The translations under genes were made by a program, and so were the position numbers. The notes beneath the pieces are model-generated. The model did not search any database. It was not told the DNA's origin and saw only the letters and a list, made by a program, of their open reading frames with translations. From Magnetospirillum sp. (GTDB lineage Bacteria; Pseudomonadota; Alphaproteobacteria; CACIAM-22H2), in contig JAPZUA010000001.1 of the NCBI GenBank assembly GCA_027532905.1, forward strand, positions 663,950 through 727,949: 64,000 nucleotides of DNA, in the 5' to 3' direction. Positions 17,056-26,459 of the stretch are shown in pieces. The first letter of the stretch is position 1. Each line of letters opens with the position of its first letter.

Positions 17056-18561
17056 GCGCGAAATCGCGAGCGCCAACTCGGCCGCGCGCGCGTTCGACGG
17101 GGCCACCAGAATGCCGGCCTGCTCGAGCTTGCGCACTTGGCTGGCGCGATGCTGCGGATCGAGATCGGTGCCGATCACGGATGCGATCACGGCCGGGCGC
17201 TGGTCGCCGGCGGCGCCTACGACGCGCGCGGCGGCCCCGGCCGGATCTTCATGCGCGCCAAAGCCGATCACGATATCCACGAGTACGACGGCCACGCCCG
17301 ATTCCTCGAGCGCCTGAGCAAGGGCTGCGTCGCGCACCGTGGGATCGATCATCGGATGCGGGCGGCCAACCGTGTATTCGTCGGCCCCGTAATCGACGAA
17401 GCTGTGGCCCGAGGCAGGTTTCGTCTGCAAAGCGCCGGGTACGGGCGCGTTCGACCAGAACGCTTCACCCGCCGCGCGCAGCACCAGCTGCGCTTCGGCG
17501 CACAACGTGCCGCCGCTATAGACGCCGCGCACCCAGCGCCGCGCAGGTGCCAAATGCTCGCGCGCTTCGGCCGCTTTGGCCTCCACGTCGAAGCCCGCAT
17601 CCACACCTGCCCCGCCAGTCGTGCGCGCAACCGCGTCGGCAGCAGCAGCCGCAAGCGTGGGCGCAAAGCGCGCATTGGCGGGCATGCCCGCGCCGTCCGC
17701 GCCCAGAAAACAGATTGTGAAATTCTTTGGGCTCTTGGCCACGCGCGCCAGCACGGTTGCCGCGACCGATGCAGCCGGCGGCTTCGAGACAATCACGATA
17801 TGCGAAGTGCCTTCATCGGCATCGAGCGCGTCGATTGCCGAAAGCATCGTAAGACCGCCGACGCGCTCGGACAAATCGCGCCCGCCCGTACCGATACCGT
17901 GCGAAACGCCGGCCCCCGCGCGCGCGATCAGGCAAGCCACTTCCTGCAAGCCTGTACCCGCCGCCGCGACAATGCCGATCGGCCCTTGCGGCACTTGGTT
18001 CGCGAACGCGAGCGGTGTCCCCGCAATCATCGCCGTGCCGCAATCCGGGCCCATCACCAAAAGACCGCGTTCGCGCGCTTCGAGCTTCAGCGCGCGTTCT
18101 TCTTCGATGCCGACATTGTCGGAAAAGATCATCGCATGCATGCCGCGCGCAAGCGCTTTGCGCGCTTCGGCGGCTGCAAACGCACCCGGCACCGAGATCA
18201 GCGCCAACGTCCCGCCGCCAAGGGCGCGCATCGCGGCGTCGATCGACCGCGGCCGACGCTCGGCTCCGCCGCGCGCCGTGTGCTTGGGCCGGTCGAGCAT
18301 CGCATCGGCTTCGTCGAGAGCTGCGTCGGCTGCCTTGGCATCGCCCGCCTTGACCGCGACCACGAGATCGTTGGCACCCGCTGCACGGCCCGTCGCGTCG
18401 AGCAGGCCCGCATCTTCCATGATGCGCAGATTGGACGGCGTGCCGATCATCAAGGCAGCCGAGGTGACACCCGGCAGCGCCGACAGAGTCTGCGACAGCC
18501 GCATGAGGGCGACCGAGTCGAGATAGAAACCTTTGCGGATGCGATTGGCTTTGGCCGACAT
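17047..18561 (-). CDS. fdrA: FdrA/YahF-family acyl-CoA-synthetase-like protein
   Basis: YLDSVALM, ALISVPG, FSDNV, MGPDCGT, GTGLQE, GTGGRDL, GGTLCAEA, DEYTVGRPHPMID. TGATG coupling to the upstream gene. Confidence 0.9.
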   Translation of the reverse strand: MSAKANRIRKGFYLDSVALMRLSQTLSALPGVTSAALMIGTPSNLRIMEDAGLLDATGRAAGANDLVVAVKAGDAKAADAALDEADAMLDRPKHTARGGAERRPRSIDAAMRALGGGTLALISVPGAFAAAEARKALARGMHAMIFSDNVGIEEERALKLEARERGLLVMGPDCGTAMIAGTPLAFANQVPQGPIGIVAAAGTGLQEVACLIARAGAGVSHGIGTGGRDLSERVGGLTMLSAIDALDADEGTSHIVIVSKPPAASVAATVLARVAKSPKNFTICFLGADGAGMPANARFAPTLAAAAADAVARTTGGAGVDAGFDVEAKAAEAREHLAPARRWVRGVYSGGTLCAEAQLVLRAAGEAFWSNAPVPGALQTKPASGHSFVDYGADEYTVGRPHPMIDPTVRDAALAQALEESGVAVVLVDIVIGFGAHEDPAGAAARVVGAAGDQRPAVIASVIGTDLDPQHRASQVRKLEQAGILVAPSNARAAELALAISRLR

Positions 18562-19979
18562 CACGCCACCCCCATGATTTCGGCGACGGCGGCAAGTGCC
18601 TCGTCGAAACATTTGAGCGGCGCCTTGACCGTTCCCGCACCGACCTGGCCGATCCCCGGCTTCTTGTGCGCGATGCCGGTATTGATCGTCGGCGCAATTC
18701 CGGTTTCGACGACCTTGCGAATGTCGATACCGACGGGTGTGCCCGCAAAATCGAGGCCGGGGATCGTCCAGTCGGGATTGCGACCGACGGCGATGTCCAT
18801 CATCGCGCGCGTGATGTCGAGCGCATCGGACGCGGAACCCGCCCCCACGAAGCCCGCGACGGCGGGCGAGGCCGCCATTGCAAAGCCGCCCAAGCCCACC
18901 GTTTCGACGATCGCGCTGTCGCCGATGTCGGGATTGGCGTCGGCGGCCGAATAGCCCGCGAAGTAAAGCCCCGTCGGCTGTTCGACCGGGGCCGTGAACC
19001 AGCGCTCGCCGGTCGCGGCCACGCGAATGCCGAACTCGGTGCCGTTGCGGCACATGGCGGTCACCAGCGTGGCATTGGCGATGCCCTTGGCGGGATCGGC
19101 GATCGCCTTGCCCATCGCCATCGCGACATTCAGGAAAAACTGGTCGTTGCCGCCGATGAACTCGAACACGCTCGCAAGCTTGGCGGGATCGGAAATTGCG
19201 CGCGCCAGATGCGGCGCCATCGCGCGCACGAACAAACTCGTGCAGGCGACGTTGCGCTGGTGCATCTCGTCGCCCATCGTGAGGCCGCGCGCGATGATGT
19301 TTTTGAGGCCGAGCCCGCCCGAGGCGCGCAAGGCAGCCGCCAAAGCGGGGGCGAGGTCGCTCGCCAGCCAACGCAGGCGCTTCAACACGTCGGCATCGTT
19401 GCCGCCGAAGCGCATGACCTTGCCGAGCCCTTCGTTGAGCGTGCAGTAGGCGCGGTTGCCGAAAGTGCGGTTCTCGACGACTAGGACCGGCATTGAGCGC
19501 GTGATCATGCCGGTCATCGGCCCGACGGCACCCAAATGATGGTTCGGCACAAACTTGATGCCGCCCGAAGCGGCGAGGCTGTCAGCAGCTTCAAGATCGG
19601 GCGCCCAGCCTTCGAGCACAATGGCCCCTTGGATGGCACCGCGAAGCGGCCCGCACATTTGGTCCCACAGGATGGGCGGGCCGGCATGGCCGATCATGCG
19701 ATCTTCAAGACCGTTCAAAACGTCGCCTGCAACCTGCACGTCGATCAAAACCGGATCGGCAGCAAGCAGCCGTTTCAGCGCCTCGGCATTGGCGGCTTCG
19801 ATGGCAGGCACGCCGTCGAGCTTGGCAAGCAGGCGGGCGAGCCCCGCATCGCCGCGCGCGGGCGGCTGCCAATCGAGATCGACGACCGGAATGTCGGCGG
19901 CCGCCAAATCGCGGGCGAAGCTTTCGAGCCCGATATTGACGACTTGGAGCGGCGTTTTGAGAAGCGAATCGACAGTCAT
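18561..19979 (-). CDS. DUF1116 family protein (YahG/YlbE-like)
   Basis: HAGPP, GAVGPMTG, NEGLGKVMRFG, MGDEMHQRN, RNG, DIGDSAI, INTGIAH, GQVGAG. Carries a YahG-type N-terminal extension VVNIGL...DWQPPA. Confidence 0.9.
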   Translation of the reverse strand: MTVDSLLKTPLQVVNIGLESFARDLAAADIPVVDLDWQPPARGDAGLARLLAKLDGVPAIEAANAEALKRLLAADPVLIDVQVAGDVLNGLEDRMIGHAGPPILWDQMCGPLRGAIQGAIVLEGWAPDLEAADSLAASGGIKFVPNHHLGAVGPMTGMITRSMPVLVVENRTFGNRAYCTLNEGLGKVMRFGGNDADVLKRLRWLASDLAPALAAALRASGGLGLKNIIARGLTMGDEMHQRNVACTSLFVRAMAPHLARAISDPAKLASVFEFIGGNDQFFLNVAMAMGKAIADPAKGIANATLVTAMCRNGTEFGIRVAATGERWFTAPVEQPTGLYFAGYSAADANPDIGDSAIVETVGLGGFAMAASPAVAGFVGAGSASDALDITRAMMDIAVGRNPDWTIPGLDFAGTPVGIDIRKVVETGIAPTINTGIAHKKPGIGQVGAGTVKAPLKCFDEALAAVAEIMGVA

Positions 19980-20131
19980 TGAAATGTCCTAAACCGGAGG
20001 CGCGCGGGAGTGAAGCTTGGGGCCGTCGCTTTTGCAAGGCTCGCGGCAGCACCAATACAATATTCCCAGATTCCAGGTCTGTTTTCTCTTTTTAGGCCGC
20101 CGACGGGCAAGGGTCTGTTAGGCTCGCACCC

Positions 20132-20968
20132 ATGAGCGATTCCCGCACGCGCCTTGCTGCCGCCCTTGCCGAACGCTTCGGCGAAAATTTTGCCATTCCC
20201 AACACGCCCAACGTCGCCGCCCTCGCCCCCTTGGCCGAGCGCGGCTCGGTGCGCAGATATTCGGATGCACATGTAGACCCCGCCCTCGTGCGCTTGCTGT
20301 GCGCGATCGCCCTTGCGGCCCCCAGCAAATCCGATTTGCAGCAGGCCGATATCGTCGCGGTCGAGGATCCAGCACTGCGCGCAACACTCGACGGCTATTG
20401 CGGCAGCAATCCGTGGGTTGCGGCGGCACCTGTCTTCCTCGTTTTCTGCGCCAACAATCGGCGCCAGATGCGCGTGCACGAACGCCAGGGGCATGAATTC
20501 GCCAACGACCATCTCGATGCGATGTTCAATGCCGCCGTCGATGCCGGTATTGCGCTCGCCCAGTTCGTGGCGGCGGCCGACCTCGTCGGGCTCGGCACGT
20601 GTCCCATTTCAGCAATCCGCAACCGGGCGGCCGACGTGTCGCGCCTGCTCGGGCTTCCCGCGCGCGTGTTCCCGGTCGCAGGCCTATGCGTCGGCTGGCC
20701 CCGCGAGGCCGTGCGCATTTCGCCGCGCTTGCCGACAGCTTTGCGCGTGCACGCCGATCGCTACGACGAGGGCGATCTCGATGCCGCCCTCGAGACGTAC
20801 GATGCGCGCCGCAACCGCACGCGGCCTTTTGCCGCACAGCGCGATCCTGCGCGTTTCGGCGAGGCGGCTGCCTATGGCTGGAGCGAGGACAAAGCGCGCC
20901 AATATGCGAACCTGGAACGCGGCGATTTCGGCGCCTATATTCGGGCTATCGGATTCAAACTGGATTGA
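20132..20968 (+). CDS. Nitroreductase family protein (NfsA-like)
   Basis: GSVRRY, APSKSDLQ, AVDAGIA, GLGTCPISAIRN, SPRLP. Confidence 0.88.
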   Translation: MSDSRTRLAAALAERFGENFAIPNTPNVAALAPLAERGSVRRYSDAHVDPALVRLLCAIALAAPSKSDLQQADIVAVEDPALRATLDGYCGSNPWVAAAPVFLVFCANNRRQMRVHERQGHEFANDHLDAMFNAAVDAGIALAQFVAAADLVGLGTCPISAIRNRAADVSRLLGLPARVFPVAGLCVGWPREAVRISPRLPTALRVHADRYDEGDLDAALETYDARRNRTRPFAAQRDPARFGEAAAYGWSEDKARQYANLERGDFGAYIRAIGFKLD

Positions 20969-20973
20969 ACGCC

Positions 20974-21636
20974 ATGACCGCTGCCCTGGCCCCGACGGCC
21001 GCCGAAACGATGTTCGATTTTGCGGCCCTGTCGGCCACACCCGCGTCGCACGATCCGTTCCTGCATCTGGTCGTGCCGAATTTCGTGCGTGGCGAAGCTG
21101 TCGATCGCATCGATCGCGACTGGCCGCAGATCGGCAAGCCGGGTGCTTTTCCCACCTCGTCCTTGAGCCTGAAGCCGGCGGCACAGGATCTTGTCGCCGC
21201 ACTCGAGAGCGACGCGTTTCGCGAAGCGATTTCGGCGAAGCTCGATCTCGATCTTTCGGGCCTGCCGACCATGATCACGTTCCGCGACCGCTGCCGCGCG
21301 CGCGACGGGCAGATCCACACGGATTCGAAAACCAAAGTCGTGACCGTTCTGCTCTATCTCAACAAGCCGACCGGCGGCTGGCAGGACCAGGGCGGGCGCC
21401 TGCGCCTGCTGCGCGGTCCTGAAAGCCTCGAGAACTACACGACCGAGATTTCGCCGGTGGACGGCACGATGCTCGCCTTCAAATGCACGCGCGATGCGTG
21501 GCACGGCCATGCGAGCTACGAAGGCCCGCGCCACGTTCTGCAAATGAATTGGATGGTCGACCAGGCGACCAAAGACCGCGAAGAAGGCCGCCACAAAATG
21601 TCGGCGTTCCTGAAGAAGCTGAACCCGTTCGGCTGA
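20974..21636 (+). CDS. 2OG-Fe(II) oxygenase superfamily protein
   Basis: HxD in IHTDSKTK, LLYLN, GGRLRL, distal His in AWHGH, followed by the conserved Arg. Confidence 0.85.
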   Translation: MTAALAPTAAETMFDFAALSATPASHDPFLHLVVPNFVRGEAVDRIDRDWPQIGKPGAFPTSSLSLKPAAQDLVAALESDAFREAISAKLDLDLSGLPTMITFRDRCRARDGQIHTDSKTKVVTVLLYLNKPTGGWQDQGGRLRLLRGPESLENYTTEISPVDGTMLAFKCTRDAWHGHASYEGPRHVLQMNWMVDQATKDREEGRHKMSAFLKKLNPFG

Positions 21637-21651
21637 AGCCAAACGCGACGC

Positions 21652-22158
21652 TTACGCCTCGCCCATCGGCTCCATGCAGGCGGCGGCCACAGCTTCGGCC
21701 GGGTCCTTGCCGCCCCACACGACGTATTGGAACGCCGGATAGAACCGCTCGCACTCGGTGAGTGCGACGTCCACGAGATCTTCGATCTGTTCGACCGTTG
21801 CCCCGCGCGCACCACGCAGCGGTACGGCATGGCGGAAGGTCGGGAGCCCGTCTTCGCCCGACAGGTCGAAATGGCCGAGCCACAGGCGCTCGTTGGCGAG
21901 TGCGAGCAACTCGGTCACCACGCCGCGGCGATGCTTGGGCAAGCGCAGATCGAGCGCGCAGGAGAAATGCAGCGCACTCATGTCTTCGTTCCAGGCGAAA
22001 TAGACCCGGTAGTCGCACCAGCGGCCGGGAATTTGCGCGACCAATTCCTCGTCGGCCGCGCGCTCGCACGGCCATTCGTTCGCGGTCACGATTTCTTCGA
22101 TGATGTCGAGCGGGTTGACGGCGTTTTCGGAAGTCTGGTGCACCGAGACGTCGGCCAT
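21652..22158 (-). CDS. YbjN domain-containing protein
   Basis: NPLDIIE, GRWCDY, NERLWLGHFDL, ECERFYPAFQYVVW. GGGAG SD upstream. Confidence 0.88.
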   Translation of the reverse strand: MADVSVHQTSENAVNPLDIIEEIVTANEWPCERAADEELVAQIPGRWCDYRVYFAWNEDMSALHFSCALDLRLPKHRRGVVTELLALANERLWLGHFDLSGEDGLPTFRHAVPLRGARGATVEQIEDLVDVALTECERFYPAFQYVVWGGKDPAEAVAAACMEPMGEA

Positions 22159-22360
22159 GCCGTGGGCTCCCACTGGAACGCAAAATTGAACCTTTTCGCG
22201 TTCCCGCCCGAATTGCCCGCCGGCCTGACCCGGAAGTTGCGACTCGACGCAGGAACACAAGGGATAGCGTGCCAAACGCGAGTCAAGGGAGCAATGAAAT
22301 TTCGCAGTTACCCCCAAGATAACGCGTGGGGGTGGCACTGACCGCCACTATATGACGGGA

Positions 22361-22642
22361 TCAAGACGATGAGTCGGCGGCGGATGCGGCCTTCAACCTA
22401 TTGAGTTCGGCCGCAAGCGCTTCGATCTGGCTTGCCAGTCTCTCGTTTTCGAGACGCGCATTGGCGGCCATTTCCTTGACCGCCTCGAACTCGTCGCGCG
22501 CCACAAGATTCTGGCTTTGCAGCCAGCGCTCGAGCACGAGGCGCGCTTGCGCGTCGATTTCCTGGCGCAATGCGCCGAAAGCAGATAGGGCGCCGGTGGC
22601 GGCGCGCGAAAGATCGTCGAGGATTCGGTTGTCTGTTTGCAT
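22361..22642 (-). CDS. ubiK: Accessory factor UbiK family (BMFP) protein
   Basis: MQTDNRILDDLSR...LVARDEFEAVKEMA with a coiled-coil tail. Confidence 0.85.
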   Translation of the reverse strand: MQTDNRILDDLSRAATGALSAFGALRQEIDAQARLVLERWLQSQNLVARDEFEAVKEMAANARLENERLASQIEALAAELNRLKAASAADSSS

Positions 22643-22672
22643 AGCGCTATTATGGCCCCGAGATGCGTCTTG

Positions 22673-22702
22673 TTGCAACGGCGTGCGCCAAGCACCTATA
22701 AC
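22673..22702 (+). promoter_or_regulatory. Candidate sigma70 promoter for the hldD-lgt operon
   Basis: TTGCAA (22673-78), 18 nt spacer, TATAAC (22697-702), about 50 nt upstream of hldD. Confidence 0.45.
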
Positions 22703-22754
22703 CCCCCAACATCTTCTAACCCCACGGCATCTTCGGGCAACAAACGGACATTCC

Positions 22755-23744
22755 ATGATCGTCGTCACGGGCGGGGCAGGTTTCATCGGCGCCAATCTTC
22801 TGGCCGGACTCGAGGCGAAGCTTTCGAGCCCGCTCGTGTGCGTGGACCGCATGGGTACCGGCGACAAATGGCGCAACATCGCCAAGCGCAATCTCCACGA
22901 TCTTCTGCGCCCCGAAGACCTGCCCGCGTTTCTCAGCGCCAACAAAGGCCGCATCGAAACGATCTTCCATATGGGGGCCAATTCGAGCACGACCGAAACC
23001 GACGTCGACGAAATCGTGCACAGCAACGTGCGCGCCACGCTCGATCTGTGGGATTGGTGTGCGGGCACCGGCGTTGCCTTCATCTACGCCTCGTCGGCCG
23101 CCACCTACGGCGACGGCCGGTTCGGTTTCGTCGACGATCCGTCGCCCGCCGCCCTTGCGAAGCTCGCCCCGCTCAATCCTTACGGCTGGTCCAAACATTT
23201 CATCGATCGGCGCATCGCGGCCACCTTGGCCGATTCCAAAGCCAAGCGGCCACGCCAGCATGTCGGCCTCAAATTTTTCAACGTCTACGGCCCCAACGAA
23301 TATCACAAGGGCGCGCAGCGCTCGGTCGTGCACCAGATCTATCCCTATGCAGCCAAGGGGGCGCCGTTCGAATTGTTCCGCTCGCACAAGCCGGGCGTGC
23401 CCGATGGCGGGCAGAAGCGCGACTTCATCTGGGTCGGCGACACAGTCGATGCGATGCTGTGGCTGCAGGCCAATCCGCAGATCTCGGGCCTGTTCAATCT
23501 CGGCACCGGCAAGGCGCGCACGTTTATCGACCTTGCCGCTTGCGTCTATCGCGAGGCGGGAACCGAGCCAAACATCGCCTGGCGCGATACGCCCGAAACG
23601 ATGCGCGACAAATACCAGTATCTGACAGAGGCGAGCACCACGCGCCTGCGCCAGGCGGGCTACACAAAACCTTTCACCGAGCTCGAAGAAGGCGTGCGCC
23701 GCTATGTGCGCAACCATCTCAGCGCTGCGGACCCGTATCTCTAG
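22755..23744 (+). CDS. hldD: ADP-L-glycero-D-manno-heptose 6-epimerase
   Basis: MIVVTGGAGFIG, HMGANSSTTE, YASSAATYGDG, PLNPYGWSK, FFNVYGPNEYHKG, YQYLTEA. Confidence 0.93.
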   Translation: MIVVTGGAGFIGANLLAGLEAKLSSPLVCVDRMGTGDKWRNIAKRNLHDLLRPEDLPAFLSANKGRIETIFHMGANSSTTETDVDEIVHSNVRATLDLWDWCAGTGVAFIYASSAATYGDGRFGFVDDPSPAALAKLAPLNPYGWSKHFIDRRIAATLADSKAKRPRQHVGLKFFNVYGPNEYHKGAQRSVVHQIYPYAAKGAPFELFRSHKPGVPDGGQKRDFIWVGDTVDAMLWLQANPQISGLFNLGTGKARTFIDLAACVYREAGTEPNIAWRDTPETMRDKYQYLTEASTTRLRQAGYTKPFTELEEGVRRYVRNHLSAADPYL

Positions 23745-24536
23745 ATGGCGATCGCGTTCCCCGCCATCGATCCCATCGCCCTGGAACTGGGCCCCATCGT
23801 CGTGCGCTGGTATGCGCTGGCCTACGTGGCCGGCATCCTCGGCGGCTGGCGCTATGCTGCGTCGCTGAATGCGGGACGCTTGCGCACGATGACAGCCGAA
23901 CAGCTCGACGATTTTGTCGTCTGGGTCACACTCGGCATCATCTTGGGCGGGCGCTTGGGCTATGTGCTGTTCTACAAGCCCGGCTACTATCTGGGCGAAC
24001 CGCTCGAAGCCTTGATGCTGTGGCGCGGCGGCATGAGTTTCCATGGCGGGCTGCTCGGCGTCATCGCGGCGATCGTGCTGTTCGCGCGCCGCAACAAGCT
24101 CGATCTCTTCCGCGTGGGCGATCTCGTCACGGCTGTCGTTCCGATCGGCCTGTTTTTCGGCCGCATCGCCAATTTCATCAATGGCGAGCTCTATGGGCGT
24201 GCGGCACCGGACATACCATGGGCGATGGTGTTTCCGCATGGCGGGCCTGAGCCGCGCCATCCGAGCCAGCTCTACCAGGCCGGGCTCGAAGGGCTGTGCC
24301 TGCTGCTGCTGCTCTACGCGCTCACGCACAGTTCGAAGTGGCGCAACCGCCCCGGTGCGATCGCGGGCGCTTTTCTCGCGGGCTATGGTGTGGCGCGTTG
24401 CATCGGCGAATTGTTCCGCGAGCCCGATGCGCATCTGGGCTTCCTGTGGGGGCCGCTGACGATGGGCATGCTGCTGTCGCTGCCGATGATGGCGGCCGGT
24501 GCGTGGCTGATCGCGACGGCAAGCAGCCGCGCGTGA
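23745..24536 (+). CDS. lgt: Prolipoprotein diacylglyceryl transferase
   Basis: RWYALAY, GGRLGYVLFY, GGMSFHGG, GRIANFINGELYGR, RHPSQLY. Confidence 0.96.
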   Translation: MAIAFPAIDPIALELGPIVVRWYALAYVAGILGGWRYAASLNAGRLRTMTAEQLDDFVVWVTLGIILGGRLGYVLFYKPGYYLGEPLEALMLWRGGMSFHGGLLGVIAAIVLFARRNKLDLFRVGDLVTAVVPIGLFFGRIANFINGELYGRAAPDIPWAMVFPHGGPEPRHPSQLYQAGLEGLCLLLLLYALTHSSKWRNRPGAIAGAFLAGYGVARCIGELFREPDAHLGFLWGPLTMGMLLSLPMMAAGAWLIATASSRA

Positions 24537-25615
24537 GCGCACTCGCGCGCAAACTCGGCGCCCGCATCGCCGCAAGCGGTCCGCTGCCGGTGGATGCGTA
24601 CATGGCCGCGTGTCTGGCCGACGAAGAATTCGGCTACTACCGCCGCACAAACGCCATCGGTGCGGCGGGCGATTTCACAACCGCACCCGAGATCGCCCAG
24701 GTGTTCGGCGAATTGATCGGCCTGTGGCTCGCCGACCAATGGCAAGCGCAAGGTTCGCCGCAGCGTTTCAACCTCATCGAGCTTGGGCCGGGGCGCGGCG
24801 TATTGATGCAGGATGCGCTGCGCGCCGCAGGCCAAGCCCTGCCCGCCTTCGTTGCAGCCGCGCGCCTACATCTCGTCGATATATCGGTGCCAATGCGCGA
24901 CGAGCAGCGCCGTCGTTTAGGTGCCTACGCGCCCGCTTGGCACGCCGAACTTGCCGACGTGCCGAACGATGCGCCCTTGTTCGCGATCGCCAACGAGTTT
25001 TTCGACGCTTTGCCCGTACGCCAGCATGTGCGCCGCGGTGCCGCCTGGCACGAACGTCGCGTGGGCTTGCACGAAGGCCGCTTGGGCTTCGTCGAGGGCG
25101 ATGCGGTCGAAGTCGATTTCGCACGCCCCCAAACGCCCGAGGGTGCCGTCGTCGAGACCTGCCCCGCAGGCGAAGCGATTGCGCAGGCTTTGGGTGCCCG
25201 CATTGCCGAGCATGGCGGTGCGGCGCTTGCGATCGATTACGGGACGGCCGTCTCGGGCTGGGGCGACACGCTGCAGGCCTTGCGCAAGCACAAGCCAATC
25301 GACGTGTTCGACCAGCCGGGCGAATGCGATCTCACGGCGCATGTCGATTTCCCGGCTTTGATGGCGGCGGCACGCGACGGCGGGGCGGCGAGCTACGGCA
25401 TTGTAGGGCAAGGCGCCTTCCTTACACGCCTTGGCCTGCCGGTGCGCCTCGGGCGCTTGCTCAAATCGGCCGCACCGCGCCAAGCGCGCGATCTTGCAAA
25501 TGCCAGCCAGCGCTTGCTTGATCCGCGCGAAATGGGCACGTTGTTCAAAGTCGTTTGCATCGTCCCGGCAGGTGCATCGCCGCCGCCGGGTTTCGCCGCC
25601 GAGCTTGAAATCTGA
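24533..25615 (+). CDS. SAM-dependent methyltransferase, MidA/NDUFAF7 family
   Basis: GYY, GDFTTAPEIAQVFGE, ELGPGRG, ANEFFDALP, DLTAHVDF, MGTLFKV. GTGA overlap with lgt. Confidence 0.9.
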   Translation: MSALARKLGARIAASGPLPVDAYMAACLADEEFGYYRRTNAIGAAGDFTTAPEIAQVFGELIGLWLADQWQAQGSPQRFNLIELGPGRGVLMQDALRAAGQALPAFVAAARLHLVDISVPMRDEQRRRLGAYAPAWHAELADVPNDAPLFAIANEFFDALPVRQHVRRGAAWHERRVGLHEGRLGFVEGDAVEVDFARPQTPEGAVVETCPAGEAIAQALGARIAEHGGAALAIDYGTAVSGWGDTLQALRKHKPIDVFDQPGECDLTAHVDFPALMAAARDGGAASYGIVGQGAFLTRLGLPVRLGRLLKSAAPRQARDLANASQRLLDPREMGTLFKVVCIVPAGASPPPGFAAELEI

Positions 25616-25616
25616 C

Positions 25617-26390
25617 ATGTCGCTGGTCACGCTGGGATCGCTGAACCGCCAAGACGGCATGCGCCATGCCTTCTTCTCGCGCCATGGCGGCGTGAGCACG
25701 GGCATCTACGGCTCGCTCAATTGCGGCCTCGGCTCGCGCGACGCGCCGGAAGCCGTGCTCGAAAATCGCGCGCGCGCTGCCGCCTTGCTCGATATGCCGG
25801 GCGCTGCGATCTCGACACTTTATCAAGTGCACGGCTCGGCCGTGGTCGAACTCGAAGCGCCGCTTGCCGCCGATGCGCGCCCGCAGGCCGACGCGTTCGT
25901 GAGCAAAACGCCGGGCGTGGTGCTGGGCATCCTCGCGGCCGACTGCACGCCTGTGCTCTTTTGCGATGCGCAAGCGCGCGTGATCGGGGCCGCCCATGCC
26001 GGGTGGAAGGGGGCGGTTGGCGGCGTATTGGAGGCCACGATCGCCGCCATGGCGAAGCTCGGTGCGGCCCCCTCGCGCATCGTTGCCGGTATCGGCCCCT
26101 GCATCGGCAAACAAAGCTACGAGGTGGGGGCGGAGTTTCCGGCCCCATTCCTGGCGCGCGACCCGGCGGCAGCGCGCTTTTTCGCACCCGGCCGTGTGCC
26201 TGGCAAATTCATGTTCGATCTGCCGGGCTATGTTGCGGCCAGGCTCGAAGCGGCCGGGATCGCCGAAATCGAAGCGACCGGCAACGACACGTGCGCGGAA
26301 TCCGATCGGTTTTTCAGCTATCGTCGCAGCTGCCTTAGGGCTGAGCCCGATTACGGGCGTGGCCTGTCGGCGATCGTTCTGGAGCCGTGA
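25617..26390 (+). CDS. pgeF: Peptidoglycan editing factor PgeF / purine nucleoside phosphorylase YfiH
   Basis: HAFFSRHGGVS, QVHG, ADCTPVL, AHAGWKG, GPCI, FFSYRR. Confidence 0.92.
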   Translation: MSLVTLGSLNRQDGMRHAFFSRHGGVSTGIYGSLNCGLGSRDAPEAVLENRARAAALLDMPGAAISTLYQVHGSAVVELEAPLAADARPQADAFVSKTPGVVLGILAADCTPVLFCDAQARVIGAAHAGWKGAVGGVLEATIAAMAKLGAAPSRIVAGIGPCIGKQSYEVGAEFPAPFLARDPAAARFFAPGRVPGKFMFDLPGYVAARLEAAGIAEIEATGNDTCAESDRFFSYRRSCLRAEPDYGRGLSAIVLEP

Positions 26391-26393
26391 GCC

Positions 26394-26459
26394 ATGCCCT
26401 ACCTGCTGGTCTTCCTGCTGATCTTGATTTTGGGTCTGGTCGTATCGTGTTTCGCCTAG
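26394..26459 (+). CDS. Candidate 21-aa hydrophobic small protein (MPYLLVFLLILILGLVVSCFA)
   Basis: GGAG at 26381-84, 9 nt before ATG 26394, and TAG at 26457-59. The peptide is almost entirely hydrophobic. Below the ORF-track length cutoff. Confidence 0.4.
   Translation: MPYLLVFLLILILGLVVSCFA

Noticed and set aside
19980..20131. Possible riboswitch upstream of the DUF1116-fdrA operon
   Set aside because: I could not match guanidine, purine or other aptamer consensus by eye; an Rfam scan would be needed.
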